Shown here in pieces: positions 9,067 to 17,784 of a stretch of 64,000 nt of DNA (positions are counted from its first letter, which is position 1; the number at the start of each line of letters is the position of its first letter). Origin of the DNA: Bacilli bacterium (GTDB lineage: Bacteria; Bacillota_I; Bacilli_A; RF39; UBA660); assembly GCA_017527675.1 (NCBI GenBank), contig JAFXPU010000008.1:8114-72113 (forward strand), written 5' to 3'. A program made the translations under genes and the position numbers. The notes below the pieces were generated by a model. It was not told where the DNA came from. It worked only from the letters and a program-made list of their open reading frames with translations, and searched no databases.

Positions 9067-9783
9067 ATGCATGATAGAAAAGTAATAGGAATATTAGCAA
9101 CACCTGCTATTAATGATAATGGTTATACAGTTACAGCTATAATTGATGCATATCGTAAAGCAATAGTATCTCATGGCTGTATTCCTTTGTTAATTACTCC
9201 TTTAAAAGATATAGACTATTTAGATTTAAAAGACGAGGAAATACCTGAATTAACAATTATGGAAAAAAATATGTATTTAAAGTTATTAAATATGTGTGAT
9301 GGTTTAATTATACCTGGTGGTGGACGTATTTATAATTATATTTATTATGTAATTGAAGAGGCTTTAAAAAAAGATATGCCTATTTTAGGTACTTGTATGG
9401 GTATGCAAGCTTTAGCTATTATTGATAATAATTATACTAAGTGTATTTCTAAAAATGAAACAGGTATAAATCATTGTATGAGAAATACTAAATATGTTCA
9501 TAAAATTACTATTGAAAAGAATACAAAATTATATGATATTATAGGTAAAAAAGAAGTAGAGGTTAATAGTTGTCATAATTATCATATTGATAAAGTAAAT
9601 AATTTTATTATATCGTCTTATTCAGAAGATGGTATTATTGAAAGTATTGAATTACCCAATAAAAAGTTTGTAGTAGGAGTTCAGTGGCATCCAGAAAAGA
9701 TGTATGATTATGATTTAGATCAAGATAAATTAATTATGGCTTTTGTTGAAGCTTGTTATTCAAAAGAATATATCTCTTTATAA
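9067..9783 (+). CDS. Class I glutamine amidotransferase / gamma-glutamyl hydrolase (peptidase C26-like)
   Basis: Nucleophile motif GTCMGMQ and VQWHPE. Confidence 0.75.
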   Translation: MHDRKVIGILATPAINDNGYTVTAIIDAYRKAIVSHGCIPLLITPLKDIDYLDLKDEEIPELTIMEKNMYLKLLNMCDGLIIPGGGRIYNYIYYVIEEALKKDMPILGTCMGMQALAIIDNNYTKCISKNETGINHCMRNTKYVHKITIEKNTKLYDIIGKKEVEVNSCHNYHIDKVNNFIISSYSEDGIIESIELPNKKFVVGVQWHPEKMYDYDLDQDKLIMAFVEACYSKEYISL

Positions 9784-9797
9784 CGAACTAAGGTTCG
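9784..9797 (+). promoter_or_regulatory. LexA operator (palindromic CGAAC-N4-GTTCG) that also forms a terminator-like hairpin
   Basis: CGAACTAAGGTTCG is followed by TTTTTTTT. It lies about 40 nt upstream of the Y-family polymerase gene, with GATATAAT just downstream. Confidence 0.6.
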
Positions 9798-9839
9798 TTT
9801 TTTTTCTTTTTATGATATAATAAATTTGAGGTGATAAAG

Positions 9840-11336
9840 ATGGATAAAGTTTATATGTGTATAGATTTAAAAAGTTTTTATGCCTCAGTAGAATGTGTTG
9901 AAAGAGGACTCAATCCTTTAACAACTAATTTAGTTGTTGCTGATTTAACAAGAACTGAAAAAACAGTTTGTTTAGCTGTTACACCATCATTAAAAGAATA
10001 TGGATTATCAGGTAGATCACGTTTATATGAAGTAATTCAAACTGTAAAAAAAGTTAATCAAGAGCGTTTAAAGAATAATCATTATCATAAATTTAAGGAT
10101 AAATCTTTTGATGCTATAAAACTTCAAAATGATCAAAGTTTGGAATTAGATTTCATAGCTGCTCCACCGCGTATGGCATTTTATATAGATTATAGTACAA
10201 GAATTTATAATATATATTTAAAATATATTGCTAAAGAAGATATTGTTGTTTATTCAATTGATGAAGTTTTCTGTGATATAACATCTTATTTAAAAACATA
10301 TAAAATGACACCTATACAATTAGTTACTAAAATAATAAATGATGTGTATAAAGAAACGGGTATAACTGCAACGGCAGGTATTGGAACAAATTTATATTTA
10401 GCTAAAATAGCTATGGATATTGTAGCTAAACATGCTAAACCTGATAAGAATGGTGCTCGTATAGCTTATTTAGATGAAAGATTATATAGAGAACAATTAT
10501 GGAGTTTAAAACCAATTACAAAGTTTTGGCGTATAGGTCCTGGTATAGCTAAACGTCTAGCTAAATATGATATTTTAACAATGGGTGATATAGCAAGAAC
10601 TTCAATTAAAAATGAAGATTTCTTATATAAGTTATTTGGTATTAATGCTGAGGTGATAATTGATCATGCTTGGGGTTATGAACCATGTACAATTGATTAT
10701 ATAAAAAAATATAGACCAACTAATTCTTCATTATCAACAGGACAAGTATTACATACACCTTATGATTATATTAAAGCTAAAATTGTATTAAGAGAAATGG
10801 CTGATTCAATTTGTTTAGATTTAGTAGAAAAACACTTAGTTACTGATCAAATAATATTGACAGTTAATTATGATGTTACAAATTTAAATAATAAAAATAT
10901 TAAATATTTAGGCGAAATTACTAGTGATTTTTATGGACGTAAAGTTCCTAAGCCTGCTCATGGTACAGCTAATTTAAAATATAAAACTTCTTCTTCCAAA
11001 GTTATTGTTAATGAATTTGTTAAATTATACGATAAAATTATTAACCAAAACTTATTAGTTAGAAAAATTACAGTAGCAGTAAATAATTTAAAAGATGAAA
11101 AAGAAAGTTCTAATCAGAAAGTTTATGAACAATTTGATTTATTTACTGATTTAGAAGAGGAAGATGTAAATTTAAAAAATGAAATAGCAGATTTAGAAAA
11201 GGAAAATAAAATACAACATGTTTTAATTGATATAAAAAGAAAGTATGGTAAAAATGCAATTCTAAAAGGTACATCTTTAGAAGAAGGAGCAACAGCTAGG
11301 GACCGTAATAAACAGATAGGAGGTCATCGCCAGTGA
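9840..11336 (+). CDS. Y-family (UmuC/UvrX/YqjW-like) translesion DNA polymerase
   Basis: N-terminus MCIDLKSFYASVECVERGL and SIDEVF. ATG 9840 follows GAGGTGA. A LexA box lies upstream and a YolD-like gene downstream, as in B. subtilis uvrX-yolD. Confidence 0.85.
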   Translation: MDKVYMCIDLKSFYASVECVERGLNPLTTNLVVADLTRTEKTVCLAVTPSLKEYGLSGRSRLYEVIQTVKKVNQERLKNNHYHKFKDKSFDAIKLQNDQSLELDFIAAPPRMAFYIDYSTRIYNIYLKYIAKEDIVVYSIDEVFCDITSYLKTYKMTPIQLVTKIINDVYKETGITATAGIGTNLYLAKIAMDIVAKHAKPDKNGARIAYLDERLYREQLWSLKPITKFWRIGPGIAKRLAKYDILTMGDIARTSIKNEDFLYKLFGINAEVIIDHAWGYEPCTIDYIKKYRPTNSSLSTGQVLHTPYDYIKAKIVLREMADSICLDLVEKHLVTDQIILTVNYDVTNLNNKNIKYLGEITSDFYGRKVPKPAHGTANLKYKTSSSKVIVNEFVKLYDKIINQNLLVRKITVAVNNLKDEKESSNQKVYEQFDLFTDLEEEDVNLKNEIADLEKENKIQHVLIDIKRKYGKNAILKGTSLEEGATARDRNKQIGGHRQ

Positions 11337-11731
11337 ATAAATATGAAGATATTATCAATTTAGAATATCCATTTACATCAAAACATCCTAAGATGAGTAT
11401 GTTAGCACGTGCTGCTCAATTTTCTTCATTTGCTGCTTTAACTGGATATGATGATGCTATTTGGGAAAAGGGTAGATTAACAGATAAAAAAATAGAATTA
11501 GGTGAAGATGAAATAATTGAACTTGATAGTAAGTTACAAGAATTAGATCAAAGAATAAAAGAACAACCATATATAGTAGTTACATATTTTATTAAAGATA
11601 ACAAAAAAAGTGGTGGTAGGTATGATACTTATATAGGTAATTTATGTAAGATAGATACGTTAGATGGTACTATTATGTTTACAGATAAAAAGAAAATAAA
11701 AATAACTAATATTTTAGATATAAATTATTAG
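11333..11731 (+). CDS. YolD-like protein (partner of the Y-family polymerase)
   Basis: MSMLARAAQFSSFAALTGYDDAI fits the YolD-like pattern. GTG start overlaps the polymerase stop, with GGAGGT upstream. Confidence 0.65.
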   Translation: MNKYEDIINLEYPFTSKHPKMSMLARAAQFSSFAALTGYDDAIWEKGRLTDKKIELGEDEIIELDSKLQELDQRIKEQPYIVVTYFIKDNKKSGGRYDTYIGNLCKIDTLDGTIMFTDKKKIKITNILDINY

Positions 11732-11776
11732 TTATATATTTTCTTTTTTTTGCCATAATAAATTTGAGGTGATTAA

Positions 11777-12001
11777 ATGGAACAGAATTATGAAACAGTA
11801 CCTGATATTTTAACAGGTAAAGATGTAGATTATTTATGTGATATGTTTAATTGGAATTATGGTGCTTTAAAGAAGACTAATAGTTATTTAAATATGGTAT
11901 CTAGTTTAGATATAAAAAAAAGATTAGAAGAGGCTATTAGTTTATTTAATGAAAATTTAAACAATGTTTTAAATATTCTAAAGGAGGAATCACATGAATA
12001 A
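11777..12001 (+). CDS. Small hypothetical protein, co-oriented and overlapping with the CotF-like gene
   Basis: ORF with RBS GAGGTGA; no motif recognised. Confidence 0.4.
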   Translation: MEQNYETVPDILTGKDVDYLCDMFNWNYGALKKTNSYLNMVSSLDIKKRLEEAISLFNENLNNVLNILKEESHE

Positions 12002-12305
12002 TAAAATTAGTAATCCAAAACCTAATTTACCAACAGGTATGGCTTTAAATGATAAAGATATTATTATGTCTTTACTTACTTGTTTAAAGGAAATGGAAAA
12101 GAATTATGTGTATGCTTTAGAAGAAGCTAGTAATGAATTATTATATAATAAATATAAAGATAATTTTTTAGCTATTATTCAAATGCAAAGAGATGTTTAT
12201 GAGACAATGTTTCGTTTAGGCTTCTATGAATTGGAAGCTCAAGATAAAACCAAAATAAGTGAAAAATATAATATGTTAAATCAAGAATATTCTTCTTTGC
12301 AGTAA
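11994..12305 (+). CDS. Spore coat protein F (Coat_F domain)-like
   Basis: ALNDKDIIMSLLTCLKEMEKNYVYALEEASNELLYNKY resembles the Coat_F signature. RBS AAGGAGG. Confidence 0.55.
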   Translation: MNNKISNPKPNLPTGMALNDKDIIMSLLTCLKEMEKNYVYALEEASNELLYNKYKDNFLAIIQMQRDVYETMFRLGFYELEAQDKTKISEKYNMLNQEYSSLQ

Positions 12306-12347
12306 ATTAACAGTAAATTAAAATTGTAAACCTAAAAAACTTTACAA

Positions 12348-12379
12348 ATTTAGCAAAAAATATTGCTAAATTTTTTTTT
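12348..12379 (+). terminator. Rho-independent terminator
   Basis: Stem atttagcaa/ttgctaaat plus a T-run of about 9. Confidence 0.7.
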
Positions 12380-12413
12380 ATTTGTTATTATATGTGTAAG
12401 TGTGGAATAATAT

Positions 12414-12488
12414 TGCTCCTTGGCCAAGCGGTAAGGCATTGGACTCTGACTCCAATATGCATAGGTTCGAATCCTATAGGAGCAACCA
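12414..12488 (+). tRNA. tRNA-Gln (anticodon CUG), CCA encoded
   Basis: Cloverleaf folded by hand: acceptor TGCTCCT/AGGAGCA, D-arm GCC-AAGCGGTAA-GGC, anticodon stem TTGGA/TCCAA with loop CTCTGAC, T-arm ATAGG-TTCGAAT-CCTAT, then ACCA. Confidence 0.85.
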
Positions 12489-12518
12489 CTTATGATTATT
12501 CTTAAGGAGGTTTTGGTT

Positions 12519-12761
12519 ATGGAATTATTAGAAAAAATGATGGATGTTATTAAAAATGAGGGTGGAATTGTATTTGAAGATAACAGCGCTGCAATTATTT
12601 ACAATGATACTGTAATTGTTATTAACAAAGAAACTTATGAAAGACATATTTTAAAAGGGGAAGATTTAGTTAATTATTTAAACAATCATGCATTTGAAAT
12701 AGATGCTGCATATAAAGATATGGAAGAACATGAATTAACGGATATAAAAAAAGCTATGTAA
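12519..12761 (+). CDS. Small hypothetical protein (80 aa)
   Basis: ATG 12519 follows AAGGAGG. The track start at 12492 would begin 4 nt after the tRNA. Confidence 0.45.
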   Translation: MELLEKMMDVIKNEGGIVFEDNSAAIIYNDTVIVINKETYERHILKGEDLVNYLNNHAFEIDAAYKDMEEHELTDIKKAM

Positions 12762-12845
12762 TAGCTTTTTTTTGTCATAATTTGTCTACTTCTTTTTTAA
12801 TTAATTTGTCATAATTATGCTAAACTCATAATAGGAGGCAATTAT

Positions 12846-13040
12846 ATGTATAATTCAATAGAGGAACTAAAAGAAGTACTTTATTATGCTCAAGAAATTG
12901 ATAATCAAACTTTAATTAATACTTGTGCAGAGGAGTTAGCATTTAAAATGAAAGAACAAAATCCTAATCTAAATTATGGTGATTTATTATTTCAATATGG
13001 ATATTCAAATGATGATCATTCACTTTATAAAAGAAGATAA
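12846..13040 (+). CDS. Small hypothetical protein (64 aa)
   Basis: RBS AGGAGG; no motif recognised. Confidence 0.4.
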   Translation: MYNSIEELKEVLYYAQEIDNQTLINTCAEELAFKMKEQNPNLNYGDLLFQYGYSNDDHSLYKRR

Positions 13041-13066
13041 AAAAAAACGAGTAATCGTTTTTTATT
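13041..13066. terminator. Bidirectional terminator between convergent genes
   Basis: A-run, short stem (acga/tcgt extended by A:T pairs), then a T-run. Confidence 0.45.
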
Positions 13067-13067
13067 T

Positions 13068-13265
13068 TTATCTACTTATATGATTGAATAAAATACCTAT
13101 ATTTAAAATACCAGCAAGAGCTACTAAAACATAGACAGTACGGCTTAGCATTGTTTTTTCACCTAATAGAAAAGCAACTAAATCAAAATCAAATAAACCA
13201 ACTAATCCCCAGTTTAAAGCTCCAATAATGGTTAACACTAAAGCACATTTTTGTAAAGTTTCCAT
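13068..13265 (-). CDS. DUF378-family small membrane protein
   Basis: LTIIGALNWGLVGLFDFDLVAFL is the typical DUF378 signature; two TM segments. Confidence 0.7.
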   Translation of the reverse strand: METLQKCALVLTIIGALNWGLVGLFDFDLVAFLLGEKTMLSRTVYVLVALAGILNIGILFNHISR

Positions 13266-13349
13266 ATTAACTCCTTTCTATAGTTATATTTAACTAAATA
13301 GCATAAATTATACCAAAAATGTGTTATAATAATAACAATAGGTGATTAA

Positions 13350-15920
13350 ATGAATAAGATAATTTTGGTTGATGGTAATAATCTTTTATTTAGAAGTTAT
13401 TTTGCTACTGCATATACAGGTAATTTAATGATTAATTCTAAAGGTTTTCCTACTAATGCTTTATATGGATTTACTAATATGATAAATAAAATCATTAAAG
13501 AAGAAAAACCTACACATATTATGGTAGCTTTTGATAAAGGTAAGACATTTAGACACGATAAATATGATTTTTATAAACAAGGTAGATTAGAAACACCTGA
13601 TGAACTTAAAAAACAATTTAGTGTTGCAAAAGAAATGTTAACTTTAATGGGTATTAAATATTATGAAATAGATAATTATGAGGCTGATGATATTATTGGT
13701 ACTTTATCTAAAAAATGTGAAGATGATCCAGAATTTGAAGCTTTAATTATTTCTTCTGATAAGGATTTATTACAATTAGTATCTGATGAAACACATATAA
13801 AACTTTTAAAACAAAAAGATTATATTTATTATGATAGAAATAGTTTTGTAAAAGATTATGGAATTGAACCAATTAATATAATTGATTTAAAAGCTTTAAT
13901 GGGTGATTCATCTGATAATATTCCTGGTGTTAAAGGAATAGGTGAGAAAACTGCTTTAAAACTTTTAGTTGAATATAAAAACTTAGATGGTGTCTATAAT
14001 AATATTGATAGTATTAAAGGATCTGTCCATGATAAATTAGTTAATGATAAAGACAATGCTTATATGTCATATGAAATAGCTACTATTTATCGTGATGTTC
14101 CACTTGATATTAGTATAACCGATACCAAGTATTTAAAACCGGATACAGCTAAATTAAATGCTTTATATGAAGAATTAGAATTTTATTCATTTTTGAAAAA
14201 AGAAGAGAAAAAAGAAATAACAGAAGAAAAGTATTTAGAAATAGATAACTTTAATGATTTTGATTCTAGTAAATTAATATCTATTTTCCTAGAACTTGAT
14301 AATACTAATTACCATAAAGCTAATATTCAAGGATTAGGTATTTATGATGGCAAAAATAGTTATTATATGAATAAAGATAACTTTATTAATAATATTAATG
14401 AATTAGAAAAATATAATATTATAACTTATGATGCCAAACGTTTATTAGTTGTTTTAAAAAAGTATAATGTTAATTTAAATATTGCGTTCGATACTATGGT
14501 TGCCGCATATTTACTAGAATATAATATTAAAGAGGATGCTGCTTATCTTGCTAATCAAATGGGTTATGATATTCCTTTTTATGAAAATATTTATACTAAA
14601 AAAGGTATTGTTGAAGATTTAGTAAAAATAAGTGCAGTAAAAAAAGCACGTTTTATCTATGAAACTAAAGATGATTTTATGGATAAAATTAGCAAAGAAA
14701 GTATGGAAAATCTATTCTATGAAATAGAACTACCTTTAACCTTCGTTTTAGCAGATATGGAATATAATGGTATTAATGTTTCTAAACCAATCTTAGAAGA
14801 TATGGGTGAAGAAATAAAAATAAAAATATCAATGTTAGAAAGAGAAATATATAATTACGCTGGAGAAGAATTTAATATTGCTTCACCAATTCAACTTGGT
14901 AATATTTTATTTGAAAAATTAGAATTACCACATGGTAAGAAGGGTAAGACTGGTTATTCTACAGCTCAGGATGTTTTAGAAAAATTAAGAGATAAACATC
15001 CTATTATTGATAAAATTTTGGAATATCGTATGCTTTCTAAATTATATAGTACTTATATTGAAGGACTAATTAAAACAATTGATATAGATAATAAGATACA
15101 CACAATATATACGCAAACATTAACTAGAACTGGACGTTTATCATCTATTGAACCAAATTTACAAAATATACCTGTTCGTAATGAATATGGAAAATTAATT
15201 CGCAAAGCCTTTTTGCCAAGTACTGATTGTTGTATATTATCTAGTGATTATTCACAAGTAGAACTTAGAATACTTGCCCATATTGCTGATGAAAAAACTT
15301 TGCAAGATGCTTTTAATAATGATATAGATATTCACACTAAAACGGCATCCGATATCTTTAATGTGCCAATTGAAGGTGTAACTAAGGATATGCGTCGTAT
15401 GGCTAAGGCTGTTAACTTTGGTATTATTTATGGTATATCTGGATTCGGTCTTTCAGAAAATACAGGTATAAGTCCCAAAGAAGCTAAAAAGTTTATTGAT
15501 AATTATTTAAGTATTTATCCAGGTATAAAAAAATATATGGATTCAACTATTGAAAGAGCCCATGAGGATTTATATGTTAAAACATTATTTAACCGCAAAA
15601 GAACAATAACTGATTTAAATAATAAAAATTACTTAATTAGATCAGCTGCTGAAAGAATGTCTTTAAATACCCCAATACAAGGTACATCAGCAGATATTAT
15701 TAAAAAAGCTATGGTTAATATTTATAATCGTTTTAAAAAAGAAAACATTAAATCGAAAATGATTTTACAAGTACATGATGAATTAATTTTTGATTGTTTA
15801 AATAGTGAACTTGATAAAGTTAAGAATATTGTTTGTGAAGAAATGGAAAATGTTATTGAACTAAAAGTACCTTTAAAAGTTGATATAGAAACAGGAAGCG
15901 ATTGGTATCAAGCTAAATAA
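13350..15920 (+). CDS. polA: DNA polymerase I
   Basis: 5'-nuclease N-terminus (LVDGNNLLFRSYFA), then pol motifs A (SSDYSQVELRILAH), B (RRMAKAVNFGIIYG) and C (QVHDEL). Confidence 0.95.
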   Translation: MNKIILVDGNNLLFRSYFATAYTGNLMINSKGFPTNALYGFTNMINKIIKEEKPTHIMVAFDKGKTFRHDKYDFYKQGRLETPDELKKQFSVAKEMLTLMGIKYYEIDNYEADDIIGTLSKKCEDDPEFEALIISSDKDLLQLVSDETHIKLLKQKDYIYYDRNSFVKDYGIEPINIIDLKALMGDSSDNIPGVKGIGEKTALKLLVEYKNLDGVYNNIDSIKGSVHDKLVNDKDNAYMSYEIATIYRDVPLDISITDTKYLKPDTAKLNALYEELEFYSFLKKEEKKEITEEKYLEIDNFNDFDSSKLISIFLELDNTNYHKANIQGLGIYDGKNSYYMNKDNFINNINELEKYNIITYDAKRLLVVLKKYNVNLNIAFDTMVAAYLLEYNIKEDAAYLANQMGYDIPFYENIYTKKGIVEDLVKISAVKKARFIYETKDDFMDKISKESMENLFYEIELPLTFVLADMEYNGINVSKPILEDMGEEIKIKISMLEREIYNYAGEEFNIASPIQLGNILFEKLELPHGKKGKTGYSTAQDVLEKLRDKHPIIDKILEYRMLSKLYSTYIEGLIKTIDIDNKIHTIYTQTLTRTGRLSSIEPNLQNIPVRNEYGKLIRKAFLPSTDCCILSSDYSQVELRILAHIADEKTLQDAFNNDIDIHTKTASDIFNVPIEGVTKDMRRMAKAVNFGIIYGISGFGLSENTGISPKEAKKFIDNYLSIYPGIKKYMDSTIERAHEDLYVKTLFNRKRTITDLNNKNYLIRSAAERMSLNTPIQGTSADIIKKAMVNIYNRFKKENIKSKMILQVHDELIFDCLNSELDKVKNIVCEEMENVIELKVPLKVDIETGSDWYQAK

Positions 15921-15956
15921 TTTGACTTTTAATATTTTTAGTGTTAATATTTCTAT

Positions 15957-16148
15957 GTAATACGTTGATGAAGAATATAGTAAAATAATTACTTAAAGAG
16001 AGTCTATGGTTGGTGAAAATAGATAGTAAAGTTTTATGAATCTACTTCAGAGTGAACCTAATCCGTTCCGGTTTTAAGCCGTTATCAAATTAAGTTAAAC
16101 AAAGGATGGTACCGTCTTTATGACTCCTTATACCATTCTTTTTTTATT
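15957..16148 (+). ncRNA. T-box leader, serine specifier (UCU)
   Basis: Promoter TTGACT-17-TAATAT at 15922-15950. Contains AGAGA and GGTGAAA stem I elements, the specifier context TTTATGAA-TCT-A (16041-16043), the T-box AAAGGATGGTACCG (16101-16114), and a terminator stem ggatggta/taccattc plus T-run. Confidence 0.8.
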
Positions 16149-16161
16149 GTAGGAGGTAGTT

Positions 16162-16404
16162 ATGCGTAAATTAAAATTAAATACAATTTATAAACATTTT
16201 AAAGGCAACCTATACTTAGTAATTGATGTGGTTGTAGACTCGGAATCGGGTCGTGATATGGTTTTATATCGTGCTTTATATGATGATTTAAAATTATATG
16301 TAAGACCTATGGATATGTTTTTATCGGAAGTAGATCATGATAAGTATCCAGAGATTAAACAAAAATATCGTTTTGAAGAATATAGTATTGAAAGGGAGAG
16401 ATAA
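16162..16404 (+). CDS. DUF1653-family protein
   Basis: YKHFKGNLYLV...YRALYDD resembles DUF1653. RBS AGGAGG. Confidence 0.6.
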   Translation: MRKLKLNTIYKHFKGNLYLVIDVVVDSESGRDMVLYRALYDDLKLYVRPMDMFLSEVDHDKYPEIKQKYRFEEYSIERER

Positions 16405-16405
16405 A

Positions 16406-17695
16406 ATGATTGATATTAATTTAATAAGAGAAAATAAAGAATTAGTAAAAGAAAATATTAAAAAGAAATTTCAAGATAGAAAATTACCACTTGTTGATGA
16501 AATTGAAAAGTTAGATATTGAATATCGTACTTATAAAAAACAAGGTGATGACCTAAGAGCTTTAAAGAATACTAAAAGTGGTGAAATTGGTGCTTTAATG
16601 CGTGAAGGTAAGAAAGATGAAGCTGAAGCATTAAAAACAGAAATAGCTAAATATGGTGATGAAATAAATGAATTAACAGCTAAAGAAGAAGAACTTGAAA
16701 AAGTTATTAAGGAAAAAATGATGATGATTCCTAATATTATTGCTCCAGATGTACCAATTGGTGAAAGCGATGAACAAAATGTTGAGGAAGCTCGTTTTGG
16801 TGAACCAAAAGTTCCAGATTTTGAAGTACCATATCATGCTGAGATAATGGAAAGTTTTAATGGTTTAGATAAAGATGCCGCAGGTCGTGTATCTGGTAAT
16901 GGATTTTATTATCTAATGGGCGATATAGCACGTCTTCATTCAGCTGTACTTGCTTATGCTCGTGATTTTATGATTAATAAAGGATTTACTTATTGTATTC
17001 CTCCATTCATGATTCATGGCGATGCTGTTAATGGGGTTATGTCTTTTGAAGAAAAAGAAAATATGATGTACAAAATAGAAGGTGAAGATTTATATTTAAT
17101 AGGTACTTCTGAACATTCTATGATTGCTAAATTTAAAGATCAAATTTTAAATGAAAAAGAATTACCAATTACTATGACATCTTATTCTCCATGTTTTAGA
17201 AAAGAAGTAGGAGCTCATGGTATTGAAGAGCGTGGTGTATACCGTATTCATCAATTTGAAAAACAAGAAATGGTAGTTATTTGTAAGCCAGAAGATAGTG
17301 AAGCTTGGTATGATAAAATGTGGAACTTCTCTGTAGAATTATTTAGAACACTTGATATACCAGTTAGAAAACTTGTTTGTTGCTCAGGCGATTTAGCAGA
17401 TTTAAAATATAGATCTTGTGATATTGAAGCATGGAGCCCAAGACAACAAAAATATTTTGAAGTATGTTCTTGTTCTAATTTAACTGATGCTCAAGCTAGA
17501 CGTTTAGGTATCCGTTATAAAAAAGAAGATGGAACTAAAGAATTTGCTCATACTTTGAATAATACAGTTATAGCACCACCTCGTATGTTAATTGCTTTTT
17601 TAGAAAATAATTTACAAGCTGATGGTACAGTATTAATTCCTGAGGTATTAAGACCTTATATGGGTGGAACTGAAAAATTAATTCCTAAAAAATAA
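16406..17695 (+). CDS. serS: Seryl-tRNA synthetase
   Basis: MIDINLIRENKELVKENIKK plus a coiled-coil arm and class II motifs (FRKEVGAHG..RGVYRIHQFEK; TLNNTVIAPPR). ATG 16406 follows AAGGGAGAG. The track start at 16337 is an upstream in-frame extension overlapping the DUF1653 gene. Confidence 0.95.
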   Translation: MIDINLIRENKELVKENIKKKFQDRKLPLVDEIEKLDIEYRTYKKQGDDLRALKNTKSGEIGALMREGKKDEAEALKTEIAKYGDEINELTAKEEELEKVIKEKMMMIPNIIAPDVPIGESDEQNVEEARFGEPKVPDFEVPYHAEIMESFNGLDKDAAGRVSGNGFYYLMGDIARLHSAVLAYARDFMINKGFTYCIPPFMIHGDAVNGVMSFEEKENMMYKIEGEDLYLIGTSEHSMIAKFKDQILNEKELPITMTSYSPCFRKEVGAHGIEERGVYRIHQFEKQEMVVICKPEDSEAWYDKMWNFSVELFRTLDIPVRKLVCCSGDLADLKYRSCDIEAWSPRQQKYFEVCSCSNLTDAQARRLGIRYKKEDGTKEFAHTLNNTVIAPPRMLIAFLENNLQADGTVLIPEVLRPYMGGTEKLIPKK

Positions 17696-17718
17696 AAGAC
17701 ACGTAAGTGTCTTTTTTT
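17695..17718 (+). terminator. Rho-independent terminator
   Basis: Stem aaagacac/gtgtcttt plus a T-run. Confidence 0.75.
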
Positions 17719-17784
17719 GTTTAGGGGTAATAATTATTGAAGTACTTCTAATATATCGTATGATGTAAATAATAAAACAAATAA

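Noticed and set aside
16337-16405. Upstream extension of serS (track start 16337)
   Set aside because: The extension overlaps the DUF1653 ORF. The canonical SerRS N-terminus (MIDINLIRENKE) begins at ATG 16406, directly after a good RBS.
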